In this document: positions 51,057 through 60,826 of the stretch, one piece after another
How positions within the stretch are numbered: position 1 is the stretch's first letter
Layout of the letters: each line of letters starts with the position of its first letter
Assembly (NCBI GenBank): GCA_035063585.1
Contig: JAPSGB010000004.1
Span: forward strand, 1 to 64,000
Direction of reading: 5' to 3'
Length of the DNA stretch: 64,000 nt
DNA from: Polyangiaceae bacterium
Lineage (GTDB): Bacteria > Myxococcota_A > Polyangia > Polyangiales > Polyangiaceae
The notes under the pieces: generated by a model
What the model was told of the DNA's origin: nothing
Seen by the model: the letters and a program-made list of their open reading frames with translations, nothing else
Database searches by the model: none
Position numbers and translations under genes: made by a program

Positions 51057-52330
51057 GGCGCCTCTTCGGAGTCCTTGACGTCGGTGATGACCATCACGCC
51101 GGGTTCGAGCGCCGACGCGCTCACCTCGGTCTTGGTGCCGTCGGTCGCGCCGGTCTTCACCTCGACGCGCCGCGGTCGTCCATCCTTCAGGATGTAGACC
51201 GTGGGCGCGTTGGGATCGATCTTCGGTGCCGCCGAGCCCGCGGGCTTCGAGGAGCTTCGACGGCCACCCATGAACGGCAAGAACCCCATCGGCGGCCCAC
51301 CACGGGCGCCCGTCCGCGGCGGCTCGAAGCGAAGCGCCGCGTTCGGGACCAGGAGCACTCCCTTGCGCTCCGAGGTCACGATCGACGCGGTGGCGGTCAT
51401 ACCCGGGCGGAGCAGGCGCTCGTCATTGTCCACCGAGAGTTCCGCTGTGTAGGTGACCACGTTGGTGCCGGTCTTCGGCATGCTGTGGAGCTTCACGAGC
51501 TTCGCCGGAAACGCCTTGTCCGGGTAGGCGTCCACCTCGAAGCTCGCCTCTTGTCCCTCCTTCACGCCGCCCACGTCGGCCTCGTCCACGTCCACGTCGA
51601 GCTCGAGCTTGGTGAGATCACGAGCGAGGGTGAAGAGCACCGGGGTCTGAAATCCGGCGGTCACCGTCTGCCCTTGCTGAACGGTCCGATCGAGCACGAT
51701 GCCCGAGATGGGCGAGCGGATGATCGCCTTCGATAGCTGCGTATTCGAGGTCTTGAAGTCCGCGCGGGCGCTCACTTGCTGCGCGGACGCGGTGCTCATA
51801 CCCGCCTTGGCCTTGGTATAGGTCGCCTCGGCCGTCTCCAGATCCTGGCTCGAGAGGAGCCCCTTCGCGAAGAGATCGCGAGCGCGCTTCACCTTCACGT
51901 CAGCGTCGTTCAGCGTGGCCCTCGCGGACGCGGCGGCGGCCGAGGCGCTGGTCATGCCGGCCTTCGACTGGTCGACTCGCGCCTGGAGCGTCTCGGGGTC
52001 GATCTCCGCGAGGACGTCGCCTTCCTTGACGTGATCGTTGATGTCGAAGTTCACGCGGACGACGCGCCCGGTCACTTCCGCACCCACCTCGACCGAGTCG
52101 ACCGGGTTCAACGTGCCCGTCGCGGTCACGGTCTCACGAAGATCTCCGCGCTCCACCGGCACCGTGACGAAGTTCGCGCCGGCAGGCGCCTGCTTCGCGG
52201 TCATCGCGCGGTAGCCGAACCCGAGCCCAAGCACGATCAGGAGGGCGATGACGCCGAGGATCCAGCGCCGCCTCGCCCGCCCGCGGGGGCGAACCTTCTC
52301 GAGAACACCAAGTGCGTCTGTTCCAGCCAT
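51053..52330 (-). CDS. MacA-like periplasmic adaptor (membrane fusion protein)
   Basis: TM; VTATGTLNP, IRSPISG, VDEAD, LRPGMTA, VPNAALRF. Confidence 0.93.
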   Translation of the reverse strand: MAGTDALGVLEKVRPRGRARRRWILGVIALLIVLGLGFGYRAMTAKQAPAGANFVTVPVERGDLRETVTATGTLNPVDSVEVGAEVTGRVVRVNFDINDHVKEGDVLAEIDPETLQARVDQSKAGMTSASAAAASARATLNDADVKVKRARDLFAKGLLSSQDLETAEATYTKAKAGMSTASAQQVSARADFKTSNTQLSKAIIRSPISGIVLDRTVQQGQTVTAGFQTPVLFTLARDLTKLELDVDVDEADVGGVKEGQEASFEVDAYPDKAFPAKLVKLHSMPKTGTNVVTYTAELSVDNDERLLRPGMTATASIVTSERKGVLLVPNAALRFEPPRTGARGGPPMGFLPFMGGRRSSSKPAGSAAPKIDPNAPTVYILKDGRPRRVEVKTGATDGTKTEVSASALEPGVMVITDVKDSEEAP

Positions 52331-52360
52331 GCTTCCGAAGTCCGCAGAGGTCGCCCTGTA

Positions 52361-52376
52361 TGCAAGTTACACACCG
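52361..52376 (-). promoter_or_regulatory. Putative sigma54 (-24/-12) promoter of the efflux/two-component operon
   Basis: Minus strand CGGTGTGTAACTTGCA = GG-N10-GC with TTGCA, 30 bp upstream of the ATG; the operon encodes a sigma54 activator. Confidence 0.6.
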
Positions 52377-52551
52377 CTTGTAATATCTGCTAAAAAGCCA
52401 GTAAAATCGGAAGGTAATGACCTCGAGGCGGCCGCGTCCACGCGGAAGCTGCATCGCTCGAGTGCGATTTCTGCAGCTGGCCCGACGGAACGCAAGGGGG
52501 CGATCGAAATCCCCCCGCCCTACGCTGCTGTGCCACGGTGGGCGCGCCGCG

Positions 52552-54198
52552 ATGACCGACGCCGGCTCGCTCGTCCCCGATCTGCTCCACCCGGCTCCCG
52601 CGTGCCGGCTCGACCGGGAGCGCACGCGCGTCGCTCTCGAGTTGGCGTTCGCCGGGGGCCCGGCGAGCGCGCTCTTCGAGGAGGCGCTCAGCACGGCCTC
52701 CCTCGCGCCGAGCCGGTGGGAGCCGGGGTGCTTCGCCGGCGATCTCTTCCTCACGCGCTTCGTCGCCGGCTGCCTCAAGCTCCGCATCGGGACCGCGGAG
52801 CTCGCGCCGAGCGTCCCCCAGCTCTGCAGACTGCTCGGAAACCCGCCGGCGGAGCGCAGCGTCGTCGAGTTTCGCCGCGCCGTCCTCGGTGAGCTCGCCA
52901 GCACACCAGCGCTTCGCAGCGCGCTCGAGCAGCTCTATTTGCACCTCGCGCGTCTGAAGACGCTGCTCGAGAACCCGGAGGGGATCCAGGACTTCGATCC
53001 TCAGCGCCGCCAGCTCGACGTGCTCGCCGCCCTGAAGGAAGTCATCGAGCGAGCCGCGACGGGCTTTGGCGGGAGTGGGACCGGGCTCGCCCGCCTCACG
53101 GAGTACGGGCGCCGAGTCCGCGAGAGCGAGCCGTATCGCTCGCTCTCCGATCTCCTCCGCTACGACGAGAACATGGCGACGCTCGACCTGCGGGTCGGGA
53201 TCGGCGCGGACGGAAGGATCCGCGGGCTCAGCATCACCGCGGTCGAAGAGGATCGACAGAACGTCTTCTCGCTCCCCGCCTGGCGTCGCTGGCTCGCGAA
53301 GGTGGAGCTCTTCGCACGTGGCTATCGCATGAGCGACGGAGAGCTCATGGCGCGGCTCATCGACGCGGTATTCAGCGGCGTCGCGCATGAGCTCATCGCG
53401 CTCATCCAACTCCACCGCGACCTCGAATTTTACCTCGGCGCGCTCGGCTTCCGCGACGCCGCGCGCGCCGCGGGGCTCGAGATGTGTCTCCCCGAGCTCG
53501 TCGAGGCGAGCGAGCCGCGCGAGCTCATCGGGCTCTATAACCCGCTCCTCTTGATGAGCGGCATCCAGCCGGTGCCCTGCGACCTTCGCACCCGCACCAT
53601 GACCACGACCGTGCTCGTCACCGGTCCCAACTCCGGCGGCAAGACACGGCTCTTGCAGTCGGTCGGGCTCGCTCAGCTCCTCGCGCAGTCAGGCCTCTTC
53701 ATCCCGGCGCGCGCCGGGAAGGTGGCGCTCGCGAGCGCGCTGCTCGTGTCGCTCATCCAAGTCGCGAGCGCAGAGCAGGCCGAGGGCCGCCTCGGCATGG
53801 AGCTCATCCGCATCCGCGACTTGTTCGAGCGCTTGTCACCGGGCGCCATGGTGCTGCTCGACGAGCTCTGCTCGGGCACCAACCCCTCCGAGGGAGAGGA
53901 AATCTTCGAGCTCGTGGTCGAGAAACTGAGCCGCCTCGAGCCACAGGCGTTCATCACGACGCACTTTCTCGCCTTCGCCGCGCGCCTCGAGCAGGAGCAA
54001 AAGTACGACTCCCTCGCGTTCCTCCAGGTGGAGCTCGAGCAAGGGAGCCCGACTTATCAATTCGCGCCGGGCGTCGCGAGCACCTCGCTCGCGGGTCAGG
54101 CCGCCGAGCGACTGGGCGTCACGGGCGAGCAGCTCGAGGCCCTCGTCGAGCGCAGCCTCGCTCGAGACCGAGGCGCCTCCTCGGGCCACCGGAGCTAG
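52552..54198 (+). CDS. MutS-related protein (domain V ATPase only)
   Basis: LYNPLL, VTGPNSGGKT, LLDELCSGT, ITTH, AAERLGV. Confidence 0.85.
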   Translation: MTDAGSLVPDLLHPAPACRLDRERTRVALELAFAGGPASALFEEALSTASLAPSRWEPGCFAGDLFLTRFVAGCLKLRIGTAELAPSVPQLCRLLGNPPAERSVVEFRRAVLGELASTPALRSALEQLYLHLARLKTLLENPEGIQDFDPQRRQLDVLAALKEVIERAATGFGGSGTGLARLTEYGRRVRESEPYRSLSDLLRYDENMATLDLRVGIGADGRIRGLSITAVEEDRQNVFSLPAWRRWLAKVELFARGYRMSDGELMARLIDAVFSGVAHELIALIQLHRDLEFYLGALGFRDAARAAGLEMCLPELVEASEPRELIGLYNPLLLMSGIQPVPCDLRTRTMTTTVLVTGPNSGGKTRLLQSVGLAQLLAQSGLFIPARAGKVALASALLVSLIQVASAEQAEGRLGMELIRIRDLFERLSPGAMVLLDELCSGTNPSEGEEIFELVVEKLSRLEPQAFITTHFLAFAARLEQEQKYDSLAFLQVELEQGSPTYQFAPGVASTSLAGQAAERLGVTGEQLEALVERSLARDRGASSGHRS

Positions 54199-54204
54199 CG
54201 CGAG

Positions 54205-55161
54205 ATGCCGACGCTCCTCGTCACGCGCAAGATGCCGCGTGAGCTCGCCGAGCGCGTTCGCGCGAGCGTCGGCGGGCAGGGTGATCGCCGCGCTCGACGC
54301 CGCTCCCGGCTCACCGCGCTCGTTCGTTTCGCGCTCGTCGTACTCCTCGTCGCGGCGGTCACCCAGATCGTGCTCGTCACGCGGCGCGCCCGGCTCGAGC
54401 TCGAGCGCGTGCGGGCGACTCTGCTCGAGCGCGTGCGTAGCGAGGCCGCGACGCTGGAACCCGAGGTTCGCCGCGTCCGCGCGCGGGTGGAGCCCTGGCT
54501 CATGCGCTTCGAGGGAGCTTACGAGGGGGATCGGATCTCGCCTGAGCTCGCTCACGAGGGCGCGCTCGACCGGGCGCTCGGGCGACCGAGCCTCTACGTG
54601 CGAGGCGCGCTCTCGCGCCTCTCCGCCGACGCGCCGGAGTCTTACCCGGACGCCTTCGTCCTCTGCCTCGTGAAGCCGCCCGGCGACCGCACCGAGAAGT
54701 CGCTCCGTGCCATGGCCCGCGCCGCCGCGACGAGCAGAGGGCTCGAGCCAGCGCGCGGATTCGCGCGCTACGGAGACGCGCTCGTCGTCTTGCCGCTGCT
54801 CGAGCCGGGCTTTCGCGCGCGCGTCTCGGCGACCGGAGATCTCGCGGCGCTCGAGCTCCTAGGCCAGGCCTTCGACCACGCGCCGCTGGCGAGCGCGAGG
54901 CGAGCCGCTCGGGCCGAGCAGCTCCTCATCGTGGTGGACGAGCCCGGCGCGGGGAGTGCGCCCTCCGAGCTCGACGGTGAGCGGCCGCACCCGGTGCGCG
55001 TCGGCTTGGTCGATCTCACGAAGAACGAGGTGCTCCTCCGCTTGAGGAGATCGGTCGACCCTTCGTGGGCCTCCCCGGCTGCGCGCGCGCAGCACGCCCG
55101 CGGGATGGACGGCTGCATGCTCGCGCTCGACGTCCGCGCGGCGGTTCGCGACGCACGCTGA
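54205..55161 (+). CDS. Hypothetical single-TM protein
   Basis: 318-aa ORF, TM near N-terminus, 6 bp after the MutS-like gene. Confidence 0.7.
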   Translation: MPTLLVTRKMPRELAERVRASVGGQGDRRARRRSRLTALVRFALVVLLVAAVTQIVLVTRRARLELERVRATLLERVRSEAATLEPEVRRVRARVEPWLMRFEGAYEGDRISPELAHEGALDRALGRPSLYVRGALSRLSADAPESYPDAFVLCLVKPPGDRTEKSLRAMARAAATSRGLEPARGFARYGDALVVLPLLEPGFRARVSATGDLAALELLGQAFDHAPLASARRAARAEQLLIVVDEPGAGSAPSELDGERPHPVRVGLVDLTKNEVLLRLRRSVDPSWASPAARAQHARGMDGCMLALDVRAAVRDAR

Positions 55162-55237
55162 GCTCAGCCGGGCACGGTCGGGCTCGTGGCTCGCGTGGCT
55201 TGTCCGGTTCGCCGGTTCGGCGCGGCCGGCGGCGCGG

Positions 55238-56719
55238 TCAGGGCTTGGGCACGACCCGCACGTGGTGTTCGGCGACCGACGGATCGGTCGTCACGCTCAC
55301 GATACCCGTCGCCGCGTCGACCGTGACCGTGCCGCTCGGGTCCGTCGGCAGCTCGACGTCGAAGCCCGCTGGGTAGGTGCGCGCGGGGATCACGAGCTCG
55401 GTCGGGCCCGTCACGCCGTCGCGCTGCTCGAAGGTGAGCTCGAGCGTGCGAGTGTCCGGGTCGAATCCGAACGCCACCGGCTCTCCGGCGATCGCGCGCG
55501 GATAGGGCCGCACGACGAGGTCTGTGACGGGGTTGTCGGTGCCGTCCTCCGCGTGGAGCGCCGAGCCGCCCGCCGGGCCCGAGTCATATGCCCAGTACGC
55601 CCAGCCGATCTGCATCCGATCGGCCATGGCGAGGGTTTTCGCGACGAAGGCCGGCGCGTTGGGATCTTCCCACTTGAACGCCCACCACTCGCCGAGCAGC
55701 ATGGGGCAATCCTGGCGCGCGAGGTCCACCGTGCGCTGCTCTTCCCAGAGCGATACGGTCTGGTCCTTGGCGCTGAAGCTCCCGCTCGCTTCGGCCGCCG
55801 ACGAGTAGAGGTGCGGGGCGTACACGATGCGCGGCTCGCCGTTACGCGGGTCGGCGAGCTTCGGCAAGTACGATGGAGAGCCATTGGCAGGAGCGCCGTA
55901 GCGCGGCTCGATGAAGATCCAGTGATCGCGATCGACCGTGCGGATCGCCCGGATCATGCGCTCGTAAAAGGTGGCGAACTGATTCTCGTCGAAGCGCTTC
56001 GAGGAGCCGCCGTCGTCCGGAGACTTTCGGAAGAGCGCCTCGGCCGCGTCGAACTCGGAGCCCGGGAAGGGCTCGTTCATGAGGTCGTAGCCGATGACGT
56101 TCTCGTCCCCGGCGAACCTCTTCGCGAGCGCTTGCCACACCCCGGCGTAGTGTTGCTGTAGATCCGTGTGGGGCCCTTCGAGCGCCCAAAAATTATCGAA
56201 AGCACGCTCGACAGCGGGCTGAAAGTAGTTGAGCGCCCAGAGCTCCTGGAGCTCGAAGGGCTGCCCGTCGTCGCGGATCGCCCAGTCGGGAGCGCCGTCG
56301 CAGCAGAATTTCCGCGCGTAAACGTCCTGATGCATGTCGAGCATCACACGCACGCCCGCCGCGCCGAACCGCTCGACGTCGGCGGCGATGCGCTCGATGT
56401 ACGCGGCGTCGATGTTCCCGGGCGTCGGCTCGAGCGCGTCCCACAGGACGAGGTAGCGCACGAAGTTGAAGCCCCACGCGCGCGCGATCCGGTCGATGTC
56501 TTCATCAGTCACGTTGGGGGAGCGCAGCGCGTCGTTCTTCGCGCTGTTGCTCACGTTGACGCCGCGCAAGATGAGCGCGCGCCCCTGGGCATCGGTGATG
56601 AAGCGCGGGCCGGCTGGCAGCTGCGACGGAGCGGAGCCCTCCGGGGAGGGGCTGCAGCCTGCGGCGAGCAACGCCATGACGGCGCCGAGGCGGCGCGGAA
56701 GGTTCAGCACGAGCGTCAT
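55238..56719 (-). CDS. GH5 endoglycoceramidase-like lipoprotein
   Basis: LAAGC; GRALILRGVN, LDMHQD, DGAPDW, YDLMNEP, APHLY, LGEW, VRPYPRAIAGEP. Confidence 0.88.
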   Translation of the reverse strand: MTLVLNLPRRLGAVMALLAAGCSPSPEGSAPSQLPAGPRFITDAQGRALILRGVNVSNSAKNDALRSPNVTDEDIDRIARAWGFNFVRYLVLWDALEPTPGNIDAAYIERIAADVERFGAAGVRVMLDMHQDVYARKFCCDGAPDWAIRDDGQPFELQELWALNYFQPAVERAFDNFWALEGPHTDLQQHYAGVWQALAKRFAGDENVIGYDLMNEPFPGSEFDAAEALFRKSPDDGGSSKRFDENQFATFYERMIRAIRTVDRDHWIFIEPRYGAPANGSPSYLPKLADPRNGEPRIVYAPHLYSSAAEASGSFSAKDQTVSLWEEQRTVDLARQDCPMLLGEWWAFKWEDPNAPAFVAKTLAMADRMQIGWAYWAYDSGPAGGSALHAEDGTDNPVTDLVVRPYPRAIAGEPVAFGFDPDTRTLELTFEQRDGVTGPTELVIPARTYPAGFDVELPTDPSGTVTVDAATGIVSVTTDPSVAEHHVRVVPKP

Positions 56720-57179
56720 GCTAGGCCAGGATGCGGCGGCCAGACGACCCAATTGCGCCATGCGCGAGCCGCGAGCGAGGTGAGCGAGCGCGAGGGCCCT
56801 CGTGGGCGAAAGGAATCGCTGGCGCGGGAGGACGCGTAGCCGGGCTGCGGCGCGCCCCCGGGCGCGTCGGCTCGCAGCGGTCAGGCCGCGGGATTCCGCG
56901 CCGGACCGACCCCCCGCGAAGCCAGCTGCCGGCTGGCTCGGGCGGTTGCGACGGCGCTCCGTTCTCGCTGCTTCGGCCGGTCCTGCTGCGGTCTTGGTGC
57001 TTGCTCGGCGCCGCCACGCTCGCGCTCCGCGAGGGCGCCATCAACCTCCCACGCCCGGGCCTGGCGCGCCCCGGTGCGGACCGCCGCCGCGCCTGGCACA
57101 CAGGCCTCGTCGCTGGCCCCACGCGGTCCGCTCGCCACCGGCGCGGACTCGCCGGCGCGCGAGGCCATCGGCCCTCGAA

Positions 57180-57425
57180 GTTCAGCTGTACGAGCGCGAG
57201 CGCGATTGGCGCGATGAGTTCGAGTCCACGTAGAAGACTGGGGTCGGACGAGCTGGTCGTGACCGAGGACGGCAAGGTCGCCGACCGTTTCCCGACGGGC
57301 GGCGGCAGCGGCATCGAGCGCATCTCTGACCTCGACGGCGACGGTCGCGACGAGCGGATCTTCAGCGGCGCCTTCACGGGGCAAGGCGTCACGGAGTCCT
57401 CCGCCAGTCTTTTCGCGTCGTCGCT
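57180..57425 (+). pseudogene. Possible gene remnant with a DLDGDGRDE motif
   Basis: Protein-like stretch ELVVTEDGKVADRF...ISDLDGDGRDERIFSG within a long intergenic region; no clean start. Confidence 0.3.
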
Positions 57426-57529
57426 CCCACGCGGCGGGCATACCTCGTCGCTGCCACCGCGCGGTCGCTTCCGCCTACCCCGCGGCTACGCACCTCAGGC
57501 TACGCGTGGCATGCTCGGGGAGACCACCC

Positions 57530-58048
57530 ATGAAGCTCATCGAGCTCGAATACTGCCGCGTCGACACCCCGCTCGGCCGCTTCGTGCTCGCGGCGCGCGA
57601 CGGCGCCCTCGAGGGCGGGTGGTTCGAAGGGCAGAAGTACTTCCCCGCCATCAGCGCCGAGACCGGTTGGCGCGTCGCGACGCCACCGGTACTGGAGCGC
57701 GCGCGCCGCGAGCTCGACGAGTATTTCGCCGGACGTCTGCGACGATTCGAGGTGCCGCTCGCACCCGAAGGCACGCCCTTTCAGGCGCGCGTGTGGCGCG
57801 CGCTCGAGGCCGTCCCGAGCGGCGAGACCGTGAGTTACGCGGAGCTCGCTCGCACCATCGACGCGCCGCGGGCGTTCCACGCGGTCGGAGCGGCGGTCGG
57901 GAGAAATCCGATTTCCATCTTCATCCCATGCCACCGCGCGGTCGGTAGCGACGGGAGCCTCACCGGCTACGCCGGCGGCCTCGACCGCAAGCGGTGGCTG
58001 CTCGCGCACGAGAGCCGTGCGCTGGTCCTGACGGGGCATCCGGCGTAG
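57530..58048 (+). CDS. ogt: Methylated-DNA--protein-cysteine methyltransferase
   Basis: TPLG, LDEYFAG, GTPFQARVW, SYAELA, PCHRAV, LTGYAGG. Confidence 0.95.
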   Translation: MKLIELEYCRVDTPLGRFVLAARDGALEGGWFEGQKYFPAISAETGWRVATPPVLERARRELDEYFAGRLRRFEVPLAPEGTPFQARVWRALEAVPSGETVSYAELARTIDAPRAFHAVGAAVGRNPISIFIPCHRAVGSDGSLTGYAGGLDRKRWLLAHESRALVLTGHPA

Positions 58049-58095
58049 GCGGGGCACCCGGCGAAGACGCGGCGCGCGACGTGCTAGGTCGAGCC

Positions 58096-59247
58096 ATGGA
58101 CGGACCGCTGATTCTGCTGGAGGCCGGGCCGAACGGTGGCCCGGCGCTCTTCGCCGAGCCGCGGGAGGTCCTCGCCGTGCGGGAGCCCGAGGCGCTCGCG
58201 CCCGCGCTTGCCCGGCTCGACGCGGCGCGCGCGGAGGGGCGATACGTCGCAGGCTTCATCGCCTATGAGGCGGCCTATGCGCTCGCGCCTCGGCTCGCGC
58301 CCCTGTCGCGCGGCGAGGGTCCGCTCCTCGTCATGGGGGTGTTCGACGAGCCGCGCGACGCGAGCAGGCTCCTGGCTCGCGCAGACACCGAGGCGTCCCG
58401 CGCGCGGATGACCGCGCCCGAGCCGCGGGTCTGCCGCGCCGAGCACGCCCGCGCGCTCGCCGGCGTGAAGGCTCACATTCTGGCGGGCGACTGCTATCAG
58501 GTAAATCTCACCTTTCCCCTCTCCGCGCAGCGAGTTACCGGCACCGATCTTGGTCTCTACGGCGCGCTCAGGAGAGCTGCGACGCCCGGGCATGGAGCGT
58601 ACGTCGCGCTCGGCAGAGGCCCGGTCGTCATCTCATGCTCGCCGGAGCTCTTCTTTCGAGTGGGCTCGCGCGGTAACATCACGGCCCGGCCCATGAAGGG
58701 CACCCGCCCCCGTGACCCGGATCCGGAGATCGACGCGCGCCTCGCCTTCGAGCTCGCGACGAGCGTGAAGGATCGCGCCGAGAACCTGATGATCGTCGAT
58801 CTCCTCCGGAGCGATCTCGGTCGGCTGGCGCGCGCGGGCTCGGTGCGTGTCCCGCAGCTCTATGCCGTCGAGCGCTACCCGACCGTCCACCAGATGACCT
58901 CCACCATAACCGCTGAGCTGTCCGCGCCGGCCGCCCTCACCCGGCTCCTGCCAGCGCTCTTCCCTTGCGGCTCGATCACCGGGGCGCCCAAGCTGCGCGC
59001 GATGGAGATCATCGCCGCGCTCGAGCCCGAGCCGCGCGGCGTCTATTGCGGGGCGATTGGCTGGATGGCGCCCGATGGCGGCGCAGACTTCTCGGTCGCG
59101 ATCCGGACCTTGGCGGTCACGGGAGACGAGCTCACCTTGAACGTGGGCGGCGGTGTGGTGGCGGACTCGACCGCCGACGGTGAGTGGGAGGAGGCGCTAT
59201 GGAAGGCTCGCTTCGCGGGCTCGGCGGTGACCCCGAGCTGCGGCTGA
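58096..59247 (+). CDS. pabB: Aminodeoxychorismate synthase component I
   Basis: GDCYQVNLT, SPELFF, PMKGT, AENLMIVDLLR, FPCGSITGAPK, RGVYCG. Confidence 0.93.
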   Translation: MDGPLILLEAGPNGGPALFAEPREVLAVREPEALAPALARLDAARAEGRYVAGFIAYEAAYALAPRLAPLSRGEGPLLVMGVFDEPRDASRLLARADTEASRARMTAPEPRVCRAEHARALAGVKAHILAGDCYQVNLTFPLSAQRVTGTDLGLYGALRRAATPGHGAYVALGRGPVVISCSPELFFRVGSRGNITARPMKGTRPRDPDPEIDARLAFELATSVKDRAENLMIVDLLRSDLGRLARAGSVRVPQLYAVERYPTVHQMTSTITAELSAPAALTRLLPALFPCGSITGAPKLRAMEIIAALEPEPRGVYCGAIGWMAPDGGADFSVAIRTLAVTGDELTLNVGGGVVADSTADGEWEEALWKARFAGSAVTPSCG

Positions 59248-59843
59248 TCGAGACGTTCGCGGGTGACGCCCCCGAACAGCGGCTCGCACGACACCTCACC
59301 CGCATGGCGCGGGGCGCGGCGCGCCTCGGCTGGCCGTTCGACGCGGCGCGCGCGCGCGCCGCGCTCGACGGGACCCGAAGCCGGACCCTGCGCGTACGGC
59401 TGACGCTCGACCGCACCGGCGACCTCCGCGTGGAGAGCTCCGCGCTCCCGCCGCGGTCGTCGCTCTGGCGGGTCGCGGTCGCGAGCGAGCGGCTCGAATC
59501 GGCCGATCCTTGGCTCGCGCTGAAGTCGACCCGGCGCGCCCCGCACGAGCGAGCCCGCGCGGGGCGCGCTCCGGGGATCGACGAAGTGCTCCTCCTGAAT
59601 GAACGCGGCGAGGTCTGCGAGGGCGGCATCTCGACCCTCTTCTTCGATCGCGGCGACGGCCTCCGCACGCCCCCCGTCTCGTGCGGGCTACTCCCCGGGG
59701 TGCTGCGCGAGGAGCTCCTCTCGCGCGGCGCGCGCGAAGAGTTGCTGCTCGCCAGCGAGCTTGCGAGCGTGCGTCTCTGGATGGGAAACTCGCTGCGCGG
59801 GCTCATCCCCGCGGAGCTCGAGCGAGCGCAGCCCGCGCGCTGA
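59199..59843 (+). CDS. pabC: Aminotransferase class IV (ADC lyase-like)
   Basis: LIETF, RHLTRM, KSTRR, EVCEG, TPP...GLLPGVLR, GNSLRG; follows pabB. Confidence 0.8.
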   Translation: MEGSLRGLGGDPELRLIETFAGDAPEQRLARHLTRMARGAARLGWPFDAARARAALDGTRSRTLRVRLTLDRTGDLRVESSALPPRSSLWRVAVASERLESADPWLALKSTRRAPHERARAGRAPGIDEVLLLNERGEVCEGGISTLFFDRGDGLRTPPVSCGLLPGVLREELLSRGAREELLLASELASVRLWMGNSLRGLIPAELERAQPAR

Positions 59844-59913
59844 AGACCTGCCGCGCTCTCTTCGAGCCGAGACGAGGGCCTGTCGGACCGGCGCGCGACC
59901 GCTCGCCGCGCGT

Positions 59914-60768
59914 TCAGGCGCGCAGCGTGATCGCGGCGTTCGAGATGACCGGCTTCTGGCGCTCCTTGCAGTCGACCTCGAGCACGATGCGCTCGCCCTC
60001 CCGCCAGTAGCGAGTGACCAGCGTCTCACCGGGGAAAACCACCCCGCGGAAGCGCGCCGCGTAGCGCGCGACGCGGGTAACGTCCCCGCCGAGCACATGA
60101 TCGACGATCGCCTTGCAGGCGATGCCGTACGAGCAGAGGCCGTGCAGGATCGGGCGGTCGAAGCCGCCCATCGCCGCGAACGACGGATCGGCGTGGAGCG
60201 GGTTCTTGTCGCCGCTCAGCCGGTAAAGGAGCGCCTGCTGAGGCAAGGTCGGGGACTCGACCACGCCGTCCGGCTCGCGCGCGGGCGGGAGGTTGCCCGG
60301 CTCGGGGCCGCTCTCACCACCGAAGCCGCCCTCGCCGCGGAGGAAGACCGAGAAGCGGTTCACGAACAAGGGCTCGCCCCGGTCGTCCTCGCTGGTGACG
60401 TCGATGACCACCACCGCGGCCTTGCCCTTGTCATAGATGGCCGCGATCCGCCCGCGGTGGCGCGCGGTCGCGTCGAGCGGGATGGCGCGCATCACCTCGA
60501 TCTCTTGCTCGCCGTGGAGGAGCATCATCGGGTTGAAGTCGAGCCCGGGCACGCCGAGCACGCCGGCGAGCGAGCTGAACACCGGGATCACGGCGAAGCT
60601 CGGCAACACCTTGAGGTGACCCTCATAGGTGTACTCGAGCTCCTTCGGATCGGTGGGCGGGACGCCCGCGCCTACCCCGAGGTGATAGAGGATGACCTGG
60701 TCCGCGTTCCACGAGCTCTGATTCTCCGGGAACTCGAACCCGAGCGCTCTCGAGGGATCTATCGGCAT
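59914..60768 (-). CDS. MaoC-like (R)-enoyl-CoA hydratase 2
   Basis: ILYHLGVG, LLHGEQ, YRLSGDKNPLHADP, ILHGLC. Confidence 0.93.
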   Translation of the reverse strand: MPIDPSRALGFEFPENQSSWNADQVILYHLGVGAGVPPTDPKELEYTYEGHLKVLPSFAVIPVFSSLAGVLGVPGLDFNPMMLLHGEQEIEVMRAIPLDATARHRGRIAAIYDKGKAAVVVIDVTSEDDRGEPLFVNRFSVFLRGEGGFGGESGPEPGNLPPAREPDGVVESPTLPQQALLYRLSGDKNPLHADPSFAAMGGFDRPILHGLCSYGIACKAIVDHVLGGDVTRVARYAARFRGVVFPGETLVTRYWREGERIVLEVDCKERQKPVISNAAITLRA

Positions 60769-60826
60769 ACGCGGCACTCTAGCCACCGCGGCCGAAATTC
60801 GGAAGCCCTTCCGGGCGGCGCCCGGG

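Noticed and set aside
45035..52330. Efflux operon as the Hedgehog export (Dispatched/Patched-like) system
   Set aside because: It is an ordinary MacAB-TolC ABC system rather than a sterol-sensing RND, and is separated from the Hh gene by argS and other genes.
52552..55161. MutS-like pair as an anti-phage defence system
   Set aside because: No nuclease or effector motif and no defence-island or mobile-element context visible.
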